This document shows, one piece after another, positions 1 to 7,420 of a stretch of DNA of 37,498 bases (position 1 is the first letter of the stretch; each line of letters opens with the position of its first letter). The notes under the pieces were generated by a model, which was not told the DNA's origin, did no database searches, and saw only the letters and a list, made by a program, of their open reading frames with translations. This DNA is from a virus: IMG/VR virus record IMGVR_UViG_3300033182_000772, positions 1 through 37,498 of that record; one strand, 5' to 3'. Position numbers and translations under genes: made by a program.

Positions 1-141
1 CGCCGAAGACGCGCACGACGTTATCCTCGCGGTATTCGAGGCCGAGGCACTGTCGGGGCTCGACCTCCTCGCGCTGGCAACGCTCCATGACCTCGTGGAG
101 CATCGAACCTGTGATGGCCGCGTCACCGGCCGGACGTTTAG
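1..141. repeat. Terminal direct repeat, exact copy of 37358..37498 (circularisation overlap)
   Basis: Compared base by base: 1..141 is identical to the last 141 nt of the window. The repeat lies inside an open reading frame. Confidence 0.97.
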
Positions 142-226
142 GGGTACCCTCTGCCTTCTTGACCCAACCGGGGCAGGCGAGAGTGCGGGCGGCGGTGCTG
201 CCGCCGTAGGTGAGATGAATTGCCAT
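1..226 (-). CDS. 5' part (first ~75 codons) of a Cas4-like PD-(D/E)XK exonuclease; continues across the circular junction into 37357..36456
   Basis: ATG at 226..224 gives MAIHLTYGGSTAARTLACPGWVKKAEGTPKRPAGDAAITGS-MLHEVMERCQ. It is in frame with the ORF-track Met at 37460 (=103 after removing the overlap; 123 nt = 41 codons apart) with no intervening stop. The window edge cuts it, so the ORF track misses it. Confidence 0.8.
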   Translation of the reverse strand, partial: MAIHLTYGGSTAARTLACPGWVKKAEGTPKRPAGDAAITGSMLHEVMERCQREEVEPRQCLGLEYREDNVVRVFG

Positions 227-249
227 GTGGAAAACCCCTTTCCAGTTTC

Positions 250-462
250 CTAGTCCAAGTCCAGTTCCAGTTGTCCTCTCGCTTCTAGTATGAACCGGTT
301 GACCCTGTCAAGCGTGCTGGCGGACACGTCCTTCTTTGGATCACGCAAACGTGTGACCAGCGTAGGATCGTTCACGACCCGTCGGCCAATTGTGGTTGGC
401 GCGATGCGCATCTCGCGCATCAGCGCCTCAAGCTCTTTGAGTGTGTCGGCCTTCAATCCCAT
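250..462 (-). CDS. Small HTH-type DNA-binding protein, first gene of the leftward replication operon
   Basis: 70 aa. SD AGGAGA lies 7 nt upstream of the ATG (revcomp of 463..480). The segment IAPTTIGRRVVNDPTLVTRLR looks like a helix-turn-helix. It sits next to a palindromic divergent control region. Confidence 0.75.
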   Translation of the reverse strand: MGLKADTLKELEALMREMRIAPTTIGRRVVNDPTLVTRLRDPKKDVSASTLDRVNRFILEARGQLELDLD

Positions 463-480
463 GCTAAGTTCTCCTGAAGC

Positions 481-525
481 GGTTGACGATCATTATGTAT
501 GATGCTACATACACATCTGTCAACC
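481..525. promoter_or_regulatory. Nested palindrome in divergent intergenic region (candidate operator/promoters)
   Basis: Outer inverted repeat GGTTGAC (481..487) / GTCAACC (519..525). Inner inverted repeat TGTATG (496..501) / CATACA (508..513). The two are nearly concentric. The arms contain the -35-like hexamers TTGACG (+, 483..488) and TTGACA (-, 523..518). Confidence 0.45.
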
Positions 526-543
526 GCAAAGAGGGGTTTTCAG

Positions 544-678
544 ATGACATACACTGAGATTTTCCGCCAACGCATCAACGCCGGTGATGTCACTTTCACC
601 GAGGCGATGCGCTGGCTCACCAGTCACGGCATGCTGGCGCATGTCGCGGCACGTCTTTTGAGAGGAGACACCAAGTGA
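544..678 (+). CDS. Small ORF (44 aa), hypothetical
   Basis: Translated by hand: MTYTEIFRQRINAGDVTFTEAMRWLTSHGMLAHVAARLLRGDTK. AGAGGGG lies upstream. Its TGA overlaps the GTG of the next ORF (GTGA at 675..678). It is below the ORF-track length cutoff. Confidence 0.45.
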   Translation: MTYTEIFRQRINAGDVTFTEAMRWLTSHGMLAHVAARLLRGDTK

Positions 679-1046
679 CCAAGCTCGATATTGAGGATGA
701 CGGCGACATCACGTCGCACGAGACATCTCTCGGCACCCTCGCCGGGGGGGCGACTGTCCAGCAGGTTGAAGACACCTGCACCGCCCGCTTCGACGCGGCC
801 ATCCAGCGTGTGACGTATGATCGCGGTGATGTCTACGGCCCGCCCGGCAAGGTCTTTGCCCGTGTGCAGCTGATCAAGCGCGCTGTGCAGGATTGCCCGC
901 ACGACGGTATCCGCCACGCCATGGAGATGATCGGCATCAAGATGGCGCGCCTGGTCCACACGCCGGACCACGAGGACAGCATTCATGACATCGCGGGATA
1001 TGCCCGCACCATGGCCATGCTGTTGGATGAGGAGAAGGGACGGTGA
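675..1046 (+). CDS. Conserved phage protein of unknown function (pattern recalls DUF6378-like all-alpha phage proteins)
   Basis: 123 aa, GTG start with AGAGGAG 7 nt upstream. The motif string YDRGDVYGPP...KRAV...KMARLVHTPDHEDSIHDIAGYA resembles a recalled phage family. The family assignment is from memory only. Confidence 0.7.
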   Translation: MTKLDIEDDGDITSHETSLGTLAGGATVQQVEDTCTARFDAAIQRVTYDRGDVYGPPGKVFARVQLIKRAVQDCPHDGIRHAMEMIGIKMARLVHTPDHEDSIHDIAGYARTMAMLLDEEKGR

Positions 1047-1243
1047 AACTCGGTGCCCTGCAGACCACTCTTCATTTCCACCCGTTGGACGAGGTCGTAG
1101 CCCCTGCGCCTGGGCAGCCCTGCCGCCGATGCGGCCGGGTTGTGCGGATGCGCGCGCGCCAGCTGTACTGCTCCGCTGCCTGCAAGCAGGCCGACTGGCG
1201 GGACCGGCAAGTGTTGACTGAGACTGAAGGGATGAACAAATGA
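1043..1243 (+). CDS. Small Cys-rich (zinc-ribbon-like) protein
   Basis: 66 aa. GTGA overlap with the upstream stop; GAGGAG 8 nt upstream. Four Cys residues arranged as CRRCG...YCSAACK. Confidence 0.7.
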   Translation: MKLGALQTTLHFHPLDEVVAPAPGQPCRRCGRVVRMRARQLYCSAACKQADWRDRQVLTETEGMNK

Positions 1244-1476
1244 CACCTATCAAAGCAGCAGAGAGGCTTAAGGAACTGCGGGAGAAGGTGACGCCGGAGG
1301 AATGGGCGACACGCCACCATCACCGAGGTTGCGAGCCTTATGTCGCATCACGGTATGGCGTCGTCGCGAACTTTTCCGCCGAGCACGATGCGGATTTTTC
1401 AGTCCACGCCGCCAACCACGGAGAAGCCGTGGCGCAAGAGTATCTGGATGCGGTGGAGGTGGCCGAAGATGTATGA
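1240..1476 (+). CDS. Hypothetical protein
   Basis: 78 aa. ATGA overlap with the upstream stop; GAAGGGA 7 nt upstream. Confidence 0.7.
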   Translation: MTPIKAAERLKELREKVTPEEWATRHHHRGCEPYVASRYGVVANFSAEHDADFSVHAANHGEAVAQEYLDAVEVAEDV

Positions 1477-1726
1477 CCGCAAAAAACTGCGTGAGGCCGA
1501 ATTGCGCTATAATGGCCCCATCCTCAATCGCGTCAAGAGGGCCTGCCGCGTGCCGCTGACGGAATTGGAGCAGGCCAGGCGGCGACTACATCATGCGCGG
1601 CGGGAGCTTCACCATTCCTACATGCTCGTCGGCAGCAAGCGGGAGTTCCAGAATCGCGTGGACGAATGCGAGGCCGAGGTGCGTCGGCTGGAGAAGGAAG
1701 GCAAAAAGAGACTTTTGTGGATATAA
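1469..1726 (+). CDS. Hypothetical coiled-coil protein (85 aa)
   Basis: Internal Met44 of ORF 1340..1726. GGAGG at 1455..1459 lies 9 nt upstream. The 1340 start would overlap 1240..1476 out of frame for 137 nt. The product is R/E/K-rich (RRLHHARRELHH...EAEVRRLEKEGKK). Confidence 0.65.
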   Translation: MYDRKKLREAELRYNGPILNRVKRACRVPLTELEQARRRLHHARRELHHSYMLVGSKREFQNRVDECEAEVRRLEKEGKKRLLWI

Positions 1727-1928
1727 GATGAAGCCGAGGCCAGTTGACGGGGTGGCGGGTGTTAACCTCGCGGGTGCCAACCTCACGGGCATCGACAGGT
1801 GAGGGTCTACTACAACGAGTTCGATCAGTTTGCCGCGAAAAGGCTCCGCGAACTGGTCAAGGCCGGCCAAGGAGGCGTGTCCGTTGCCCGCCTGCGGAAT
1901 TGGGACTTTGCCGAACAGGAGAAGGCGG

Positions 1929-2141
1929 CTACAGACGGCACTGGTCCCGAAGAAGGGAATATTCCAGGATAGCCCGCGCGCTCATCGGCAGATCGGGGAA
2001 CACCTCAATCTCGTCCGCCAGCGCCCGTGTCTCGTCGTCTGTCCACTCAGGCAACGGCGGGCAGGGATCACCACCCCCGCCGCTCGCGCACCCGGCGAGC
2101 AAGCCCCCGCAGAGTCCGAGGATGATTGTTCGCTTTCTCAA
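1929..2141 (-). CDS. o-spanin-like outer-membrane lipoprotein
   Basis: 70 aa. Signal peptide with lipobox LLAG|C (MRKRTIILGLCGGLLAGCASGG). It starts inside the preceding TM/coiled-coil ORF in another frame (overlapped spanin architecture) at the end of the lysis cluster. Confidence 0.7.
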   Translation of the reverse strand: MRKRTIILGLCGGLLAGCASGGGGDPCPPLPEWTDDETRALADEIEVFPDLPMSARAILEYSLLRDQCRL

Positions 2142-2280
2142 GCTGTCTCTCCCGTGCCTTGAGGGTGGCTGACTTCCCCGCGGCGCGCTGGTCCATGCGA
2201 CCCTTCAAGTAGCCGAAGATGACCGGCCCCCATTGCAGGAGCCACTTGAACAGCGCGCCGAAGAGAGAGAACCAAGTCAT
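2068..2280 (-). CDS. i-spanin-like protein (N-terminal TM segment plus charged helix)
   Basis: 70 aa. Hydrophobic N-terminus WFSLFGALFKWLLQWGPVIFGYL followed by a K/R/E-rich segment. ATGA overlap with the holin-like ORF. Overlaps the lipoprotein ORF by 74 nt. Short for an i-spanin. Confidence 0.6.
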   Translation of the reverse strand: MTWFSLFGALFKWLLQWGPVIFGYLKGRMDQRAAGKSATLKARERQLEKANNHPRTLRGLARRVRERRGW

Positions 2281-2462
2281 TCCTCAGACGGCTTTTCTTT
2301 CATGCCGATGCCGAGGACGCCGAACAGAGCACCAAGGCCGATAAGAATCTCGGTCAGGGTGGTCACGTCAATGCTGATGCCGACAACGGCGAGAAAGCCA
2401 CCAACGGCAGTGGCGGTGGACGGCTCTTTCATGCGGGCGATGGCCCACTGGATGATGTTCAT
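2277..2462 (-). CDS. Holin-like small membrane protein
   Basis: 61 aa. Two hydrophobic segments (TATAVGGFLAVVGISI; ILIGLGALFGVLGIGM) and a charged C-terminus KEKPSEE. Contains a KEPST motif recalled from small phage holins. SD GAAGGAAA. Lies immediately upstream of the spanin pair. Confidence 0.65.
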   Translation of the reverse strand: MNIIQWAIARMKEPSTATAVGGFLAVVGISIDVTTLTEILIGLGALFGVLGIGMKEKPSEE

Positions 2463-2474
2463 GTCAGTTTCCTT

Positions 2475-3722
2475 CTAGCTGCACCAACCGGGGGTGACGT
2501 CAGACTTTGCCTGTGCATCAAGGAACACCGGCCAAGCCGAGGTAATACCATAATCCGGTGATGTAAACCAGAGTGCCTGCTGGGGCTTCTCAGGCGCCGC
2601 GCGCAGGCGCAGGTGCGCAAACTCGTCAAACCCCTTGAGTGACCCGTTCACGATCAGCCGCGGTACGAGCGGCAAATACTGGTGCCAGTGGCCCATGATC
2701 AGCGTGTCGTACCCGCGTCCCAGCTCACCCGCCTGTCGGCGGGTCTTGAAGTCGCCGCGCATGATGGGTCCGAGACTGCCGATGATGCCGTCGCCGCCGG
2801 ACACGCCCAGGGCATCACCGTGGGTCAGCATGTAGCGATGGTTATACACAGTGTAGTGACAGTCCGCGCCGTCCGGTATGCGGAACTGAATGCGGTCGTC
2901 GTCCGCGAGCATCGACTCGAGCCACGTATACACAAGCCAGTCGAAATTCTCGTGGACCCGCTGCTTCATCTTGGGCTTAACCGACAAACGACCGTGGTTT
3001 CCTACGACACATGGCACGAACACGAGCCCGAACTTGCCGGCCAGCGCCAGCAGCGCGGTCTTCAGCACACCTACAAGATCTCGGATTGTGGGCATGACGG
3101 GCAGCTCGTTCGTGGTCGTCAGCTCCTCGTGGATTATCCCGCTGATCATGTCACCACCGAGATTGACAACGATGCCGGGGTAGTCCGGATCGACGACATG
3201 ATTGAAGCATATGTCGATGACCTTCTCCGTCAGGAGCTTGGCCCGTTGGTGTGCAATCGTCAGGTTGAACCCGTTGACCCCGTTGACCTCCTCAGGGCTA
3301 ACGACCTCACCCCAGTGCCAGTCCGACCACAGGACCGACGGTACGAGGCGCGATGGCTTGCGCCGCGGGGGTTTCGCCAACCACTGGGGTTGTGGCGGCG
3401 GCTCGTTCGTGAGCTCGAAGATTGTTTCCCGGATTACAGATGCGGACAGGTTGTCTCGCTTGGTGGTGCGCAGCTCGGCCTGCAGGGCGTTGACCAGGTC
3501 GCGGAGCGCAAACAGCTCTTCCTGCGTCTTGTCCACGGGCTTTTCGCTGGGCGTCAGGCCTGCCTGCTCTGCGCGCTTGAGCCAGTGGTAGAACGTGCTC
3601 TGCGACACGCCGAAACTATCGGCCGCCTTGATCTTGACTTCGCCGCATTTGAAGTACTGGTCGACAACGCTTTGAAGAAACTCTTGGGTAAGTTTCCTTG
3701 GTGCCTTCGATTTATCTGACAT
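2475..3722 (-). CDS. Fusion protein: N-terminal HTH domain plus calcineurin-like metallophosphoesterase
   Basis: 415 aa. The N-terminus FGVSQSTFYHWLKRAEQAG is a typical HTH. All five metallophosphatase motifs are present in order: SDWHWG, GGDMISG, GNHGR, LTHGD, GHWH. Confidence 0.85.
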   Translation of the reverse strand: MSDKSKAPRKLTQEFLQSVVDQYFKCGEVKIKAADSFGVSQSTFYHWLKRAEQAGLTPSEKPVDKTQEELFALRDLVNALQAELRTTKRDNLSASVIRETIFELTNEPPPQPQWLAKPPRRKPSRLVPSVLWSDWHWGEVVSPEEVNGVNGFNLTIAHQRAKLLTEKVIDICFNHVVDPDYPGIVVNLGGDMISGIIHEELTTTNELPVMPTIRDLVGVLKTALLALAGKFGLVFVPCVVGNHGRLSVKPKMKQRVHENFDWLVYTWLESMLADDDRIQFRIPDGADCHYTVYNHRYMLTHGDALGVSGGDGIIGSLGPIMRGDFKTRRQAGELGRGYDTLIMGHWHQYLPLVPRLIVNGSLKGFDEFAHLRLRAAPEKPQQALWFTSPDYGITSAWPVFLDAQAKSDVTPGWCS

Positions 3723-3750
3723 ACATCCGCTTTTGGCAGTTTACAGATAT

Positions 3751-4071
3751 CTAACCGGCCTTTATCCCGGCCCACACTGCGCCGAGAGCGCCGAGAACAA
3801 GGGCGCCGATAAGCACCTTTTTCGCATGGCGGCCAAGTTGTTCTGATGCAATCCTCTGTCTCCGCAGAAAGAGGGAGTCGGCCTGTGCTTCCTTTATGGC
3901 CTTGGGGCTGCTTGAGTCGATGCCCATTGCCAGCAACAAATCCTGCGTGGCCTCTTTGGCCGCACACTTGGCGATAGCTTCAATCTCTTTCTGGCTCATA
4001 AAGCGCGGCGGGTTCAATCCAGATCCATCTGGTATCTCCGGGTTGCTCGCGCTGTGTTTCCGCCCACTCAT
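3751..4071 (-). CDS. Tail-anchored membrane protein, unknown function
   Basis: 106 aa. Soluble N-terminal part and a single C-terminal hydrophobic helix VLIGALVLGALGAVWAGI. ATGA overlap with the upstream ORF. Confidence 0.7.
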   Translation of the reverse strand: MSGRKHSASNPEIPDGSGLNPPRFMSQKEIEAIAKCAAKEATQDLLLAMGIDSSSPKAIKEAQADSLFLRRQRIASEQLGRHAKKVLIGALVLGALGAVWAGIKAG

Positions 4072-4676
4072 GACGCCGTCCCCATGCGGCGCTCCTTACC
4101 GCGATTCAGCGCCTCGAAGAAATACAGGGGCATGAACACAGGCTCATCTTCCACAATCCATACCAAGCAGTTGTCTTTGAATGTCCACATCAGCGCTGCC
4201 TGCTTGCGCGTGTAGATGGCTACCGCGTCCGCGTCCACCTTGGGCCGTTGGGCGCCGCTATTCCACACATCAAGGAAGGTTCGACCCTCTATGCCGTCCA
4301 TGTACGTCCGCTCCCACGAGGGGTGGATAACGGACATGGCACCGTCGATCATGGCGGGGGTTGTGCAGTTGTCGGCCTTCGCAGACGGGGGCAGCAGGAC
4401 CGCCAACAACCCGAAAATAAAAGAGATTTTCACGAGTGTGAAGCCCGCGGCTGCGGCGCCCTCGATGTCAACCTTGATGAGGTGCCAGAACTTGCCGAAC
4501 AGAAAATACTCTTTGATCACTTTGACGACCTCTCCTGTAGCGGCAAACTGTGGCGGCACCCAGTGGCACCCTAAATCCCACAACTCCTGCATTGTCGGCT
4601 GTCGAAACCGCGACACGATTGTGTCTACGGCGTCGGCTGTATCACACCACTGTGTCACATGCATGGTCGCGGGCAT
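4068..4676 (-). CDS. Membrane protein with one internal TM/signal-anchor segment, unknown function
   Basis: 202 aa. The hydrophobic stretch ISFIFGLLAVLLPPSAKA is followed by a Cys-containing ~115-aa domain. An internal GTG (VKISF) could alternatively give a secreted product, but it has no SD. Confidence 0.65.
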   Translation of the reverse strand: MPATMHVTQWCDTADAVDTIVSRFRQPTMQELWDLGCHWVPPQFAATGEVVKVIKEYFLFGKFWHLIKVDIEGAAAAGFTLVKISFIFGLLAVLLPPSAKADNCTTPAMIDGAMSVIHPSWERTYMDGIEGRTFLDVWNSGAQRPKVDADAVAIYTRKQAALMWTFKDNCLVWIVEDEPVFMPLYFFEALNRGKERRMGTAS

Positions 4677-4688
4677 CAGACCAGAACG

Positions 4689-4871
4689 CTACTCGTGCGC
4701 CTCCCTCTGTGTTAGTTGCTCGATTTCCTGTTTCAGCTCTTCGACCTCCTTCTCAAGATTGCCGACGCGCTGCTTCAACACGAGATTCCCGGCGAGCGCT
4801 GCGGCCGCCTCGTCCATCGCTGCGTTGCGCTGCTCCTTGAGAACTAGGAGCCGGGGGTCTATGTCAGCCAT
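4689..4871 (-). CDS. Small coiled-coil protein
   Basis: 60 aa. GGAGG 5 nt upstream of the ATG. Heptad-like sequence LEKEVEELKQEIEQLTQ. Confidence 0.55.
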   Translation of the reverse strand: MADIDPRLLVLKEQRNAAMDEAAAALAGNLVLKQRVGNLEKEVEELKQEIEQLTQREAHE

Positions 4872-4935
4872 CTCAGCCTCCGAAAGGGACTACGATACCG
4901 GCGCGGACTTCGCGGGCTTTTTCGCTTCGCCATGA

Positions 4936-5286
4936 TCAACCACCCACCGGCAGTTCAATGCCTGCTGCGGCAACGGCATCTTCCGGCCAATACCGGCCAC
5001 GGGCGGAGCCCGCGTTCAGAAGGCCACCGTTCGCACCGTCATCGAGCGCGACACCTTCGACTGAGCCCGTGAACATATTGTTGAGTTTAGCGACCGGAAC
5101 GATGAAATTGTCGTCAGCGTCAACGACGCCATAGATGACCTTCGCTTCGATCCGCCCGTGGCAGCCTTTCTGATATGTCTCAACGATCTTGTGCGTCACG
5201 GTCGCGGTCACGCCGTCGCCAAGATCAATGGCGATGGGGGATGCAAGTTCTTCTACGAAATGATTAGGCATAGCTGATTGCTCCAT
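4936..5286 (-). CDS. Hypothetical protein downstream of the tail fibre (possible fibre accessory)
   Basis: 116 aa from Met13 of ORF 4936..5322 (MEQSAMPNHF...). The longer start would overlap the tail-fibre 3' end. No strong SD. The role is assigned by position only. Confidence 0.6.
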   Translation of the reverse strand: MEQSAMPNHFVEELASPIAIDLGDGVTATVTHKIVETYQKGCHGRIEAKVIYGVVDADDNFIVPVAKLNNMFTGSVEGVALDDGANGGLLNAGSARGRYWPEDAVAAAGIELPVGG

Positions 5287-5290
5287 TTGC

Positions 5291-7381
5291 TTAGTTCGGT
5301 CGGCCAGAAAGGACGAAACCAACAGCGCGGGTGCTGTAGCCTGAGCCGGAAGCCAATGTCAGGTTCAAGTCACTGCCGCTCCGGGTGTAGGTCCGCGACG
5401 GGGGCGATCCTGCTGCTACTTGAGAAACGACAGTCGGCGAGGCATTGGTGTTCATAAGGATCAGGTCAGTGAACGTCTTTCCGAGCCCGCTACCATCGGC
5501 ACCACTGACCACCACAAGCGCGCTGCGGTTACCGGAATCAAAGACGCTTGTAGCTGTGGTGCTGTTGACGGCAGCAGATTGGGTTGTTTGTTTCAGCTGG
5601 CTGGACTCATTAAGACCCTGATGGCCGAAGCTCATGAGGATGCTATCCGTGGCTGCTGTATCCGCAGGACCGAAGTTGAGCATGGCGGTGCTTTCGTCAC
5701 CGGTCAGCTCGCCCTTGAGCGAGATGTTGACCGTATCGAGGCCAGCGTTGGTGTGCAGGAGATGACTAACCGTGTTGCCTTCTACCCGGAAGTCGATATC
5801 GGCCTGCCCCTCGTTAAAGACAGCCTCAGTCCGCGTGAGGTGCAAATAATCATCAAAGCTAACCGCCGTGTCCGCCGCGCCCGATGCGGCACCACGGAAA
5901 TAAATTTCCCCAGCGTTCATCTGGATGTGCGACGCCTCGTCGGTGGAGATGTATTTCTGCGACGAGCCGTCGTAATACTCGTTCTGGCTGATGTATAAGT
6001 TTTTGCCAGCGCCCTGCGTCTTGTTCGCCCAGAGCGCCGCGTTGCCGCCAAGCTGCATGGCATAGAAGGTGCTGGTATCGAACCCCAACACAGACGACTG
6101 GCCGAACGATGCCCCGCCATTTGTCAGGGTCAGGACTTCCGCCGTCGCATTGTCATCAATGCCGGTGCTGGCGAAATCGCTGATCGTACCGCCGTCGATT
6201 TTGTCACCGCTGATCTGGTTATTTGCGAGAGTCAGCGTGCCGCCCGAAATGTCGAGCGTTCCGGTCAGCGTCAGGTTTTCCCCTGCGATTGCCGTCGCGA
6301 TCTCCGCTCCGGTCTGGTCCGCCGTGGCGGCGGTCTCGATGCCGGACAACTTAGTTTTCTCTGCATCCGTAAAGGCGTTAGTATTCGCCTCGGCCTCGTA
6401 AGCCGTCTTGATCTCGGCGCCGGTTTGGTCCGCCGTTGCGTTTGCCTCGATGCCGTCCAATTTGGTGCCGTCTACCGCCATATCCCGACCAGCTATTGTG
6501 CCGACGATGGCGGCGCCGGACAGATCGACGTTACCCGTATATGTGCGATTCCCCGAGATTGTCTGCGAAAGGTCCGTGAGCGCAATTGTGCCGTCGCCAT
6601 CGGGAACCGAGAGTGTGCGCGTGTTGCCGGTAGTAATGCCGGACAACTGGAGCGCCAGCTTTTTCGTTGCATCGGCATTGTCCTGAATGGATAGCGTGCT
6701 GTCCTTAAACGTAACAGCGGTGGCACCCGTCATATTCCACGTGCCTGTAGGCGTCCAGTCTTCGTCGTCGAGCGCCGCAGCGACGTTCGCAGGCGTGATC
6801 TCTTCGTAGGCCGTTGCGCCCGAATTAACGCGGAGGAAGGACAACGCGGTCAGACTGGTAGGCGCGGGCAGCGTCCCGAACCCGGACGTGGAGACCGCCT
6901 CAACTGCGCCTGTGGTGGAATTAAAGCCCAGTACGTTACCCTTACGGTCAACGACGGTCGGGAGTGTCACAGACACACCTGAAGTCTCACCATCCGGCAT
7001 CTTCACCGTGCGGCCCAGTTCCGTGTTCATCTGCTGGGCGAGCATGGTCAGGCTGTCGAGCGCATCCTCCAGTGAGTCGGATGGCAGCGGGTCATTCTCG
7101 ACAAGGTCCAGACCCTGGGTGAACTGCTCTTTCCGGATGATGACCAGCGTCTCACCCGAGGCGGGCGCCGTCACCATGGAGACTGTACCCCCGGCCGCCA
7201 CGCCCGCGCCAGTCACCGTGTAATGCGTGGTGATCGTCTGCGTGGCCTCGGCGCCAGTGCTGTCTGTGACGAGGATTACTGTCAGATCATCATTCGACAG
7301 AAATAGGTACGGGAAGCTGAAATCGGTCGTCGAACCGTCTCCCGCCGCACTTACGCGATTGGTCGTTGTGCTAATCGTCAT
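5291..7381 (-). CDS. Tail fibre protein
   Basis: 696 aa. The N-terminal ~125 aa (DGSTTDFSFPYLF...DLTV...HYTV...LVIIRKEQFTQGLDLVENDPLPSDSLEDALD) fits the recalled podovirus tail-fibre/adaptor-binding pattern. Internal KL(D/S)GIE..ATADQTGAEI fibre repeats. Gly/Thr/Ser/Ala-rich distal part. Occupies the T7 gp17 position. Confidence 0.85.
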   Translation of the reverse strand: MTISTTTNRVSAAGDGSTTDFSFPYLFLSNDDLTVILVTDSTGAEATQTITTHYTVTGAGVAAGGTVSMVTAPASGETLVIIRKEQFTQGLDLVENDPLPSDSLEDALDSLTMLAQQMNTELGRTVKMPDGETSGVSVTLPTVVDRKGNVLGFNSTTGAVEAVSTSGFGTLPAPTSLTALSFLRVNSGATAYEEITPANVAAALDDEDWTPTGTWNMTGATAVTFKDSTLSIQDNADATKKLALQLSGITTGNTRTLSVPDGDGTIALTDLSQTISGNRTYTGNVDLSGAAIVGTIAGRDMAVDGTKLDGIEANATADQTGAEIKTAYEAEANTNAFTDAEKTKLSGIETAATADQTGAEIATAIAGENLTLTGTLDISGGTLTLANNQISGDKIDGGTISDFASTGIDDNATAEVLTLTNGGASFGQSSVLGFDTSTFYAMQLGGNAALWANKTQGAGKNLYISQNEYYDGSSQKYISTDEASHIQMNAGEIYFRGAASGAADTAVSFDDYLHLTRTEAVFNEGQADIDFRVEGNTVSHLLHTNAGLDTVNISLKGELTGDESTAMLNFGPADTAATDSILMSFGHQGLNESSQLKQTTQSAAVNSTTATSVFDSGNRSALVVVSGADGSGLGKTFTDLILMNTNASPTVVSQVAAGSPPSRTYTRSGSDLNLTLASGSGYSTRAVGFVLSGRPN
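6296..6466 (-). repeat. Intragenic tandem duplication in the tail fibre (two ~57-nt units, 111-nt period)
   Basis: 6299..6355 and 6410..6466 are near-identical. They encode TKLSGIETAATADQTGAEIA and TKLDGIEANATADQTGAEIK (aa 306-325 and 343-362). Confidence 0.85.
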
Positions 7382-7420
7382 GTCATTCGTCCTTGTCCTC
7401 AGAAACTACCATGGCCTGCG

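Noticed and set aside
1-141. The terminal repeat as a genuine T7-style direct terminal repeat
   Set aside because: It lies inside a continuous protein-coding frame, and its length equals a common assembler k-mer (141). Physical termini remain unknown until read-start analysis is done.
227-290. AACTGG repeats upstream of the exonuclease start (and AAACTGGAAACTGGAACC before the ATG at 36423) as a shared regulatory motif
   Set aside because: Most of the 241..290 copy is the coding 3' end of the HTH gene (QLELDLD). The shared part is only ~9 nt (AAACTGGAA), too short to separate from chance.
624-1253. 209-aa minus-strand ORF across operon A
   Set aside because: It overlaps three coupled plus-strand ORFs that each have an SD and start-stop overlaps. 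Its product is Arg/Ala/Gly-rich with no start context.
1340-1726. Longer 128-aa start for the last gene of operon A
   Set aside because: It would overlap 1240..1476 out of frame by 137 nt and lacks an SD. The Met at 1469 has GGAGG 9 nt upstream.
2682-3719. 345-aa plus-strand ORF (and 2890..3183, 3202..3591) inside the HTH-metallophosphoesterase gene
   Set aside because: It is entirely antisense to an ORF with five ordered catalytic motifs. Its product is R/G/A/V/L-rich low-complexity, typical of shadow frames in GC-rich DNA. It has no SD.
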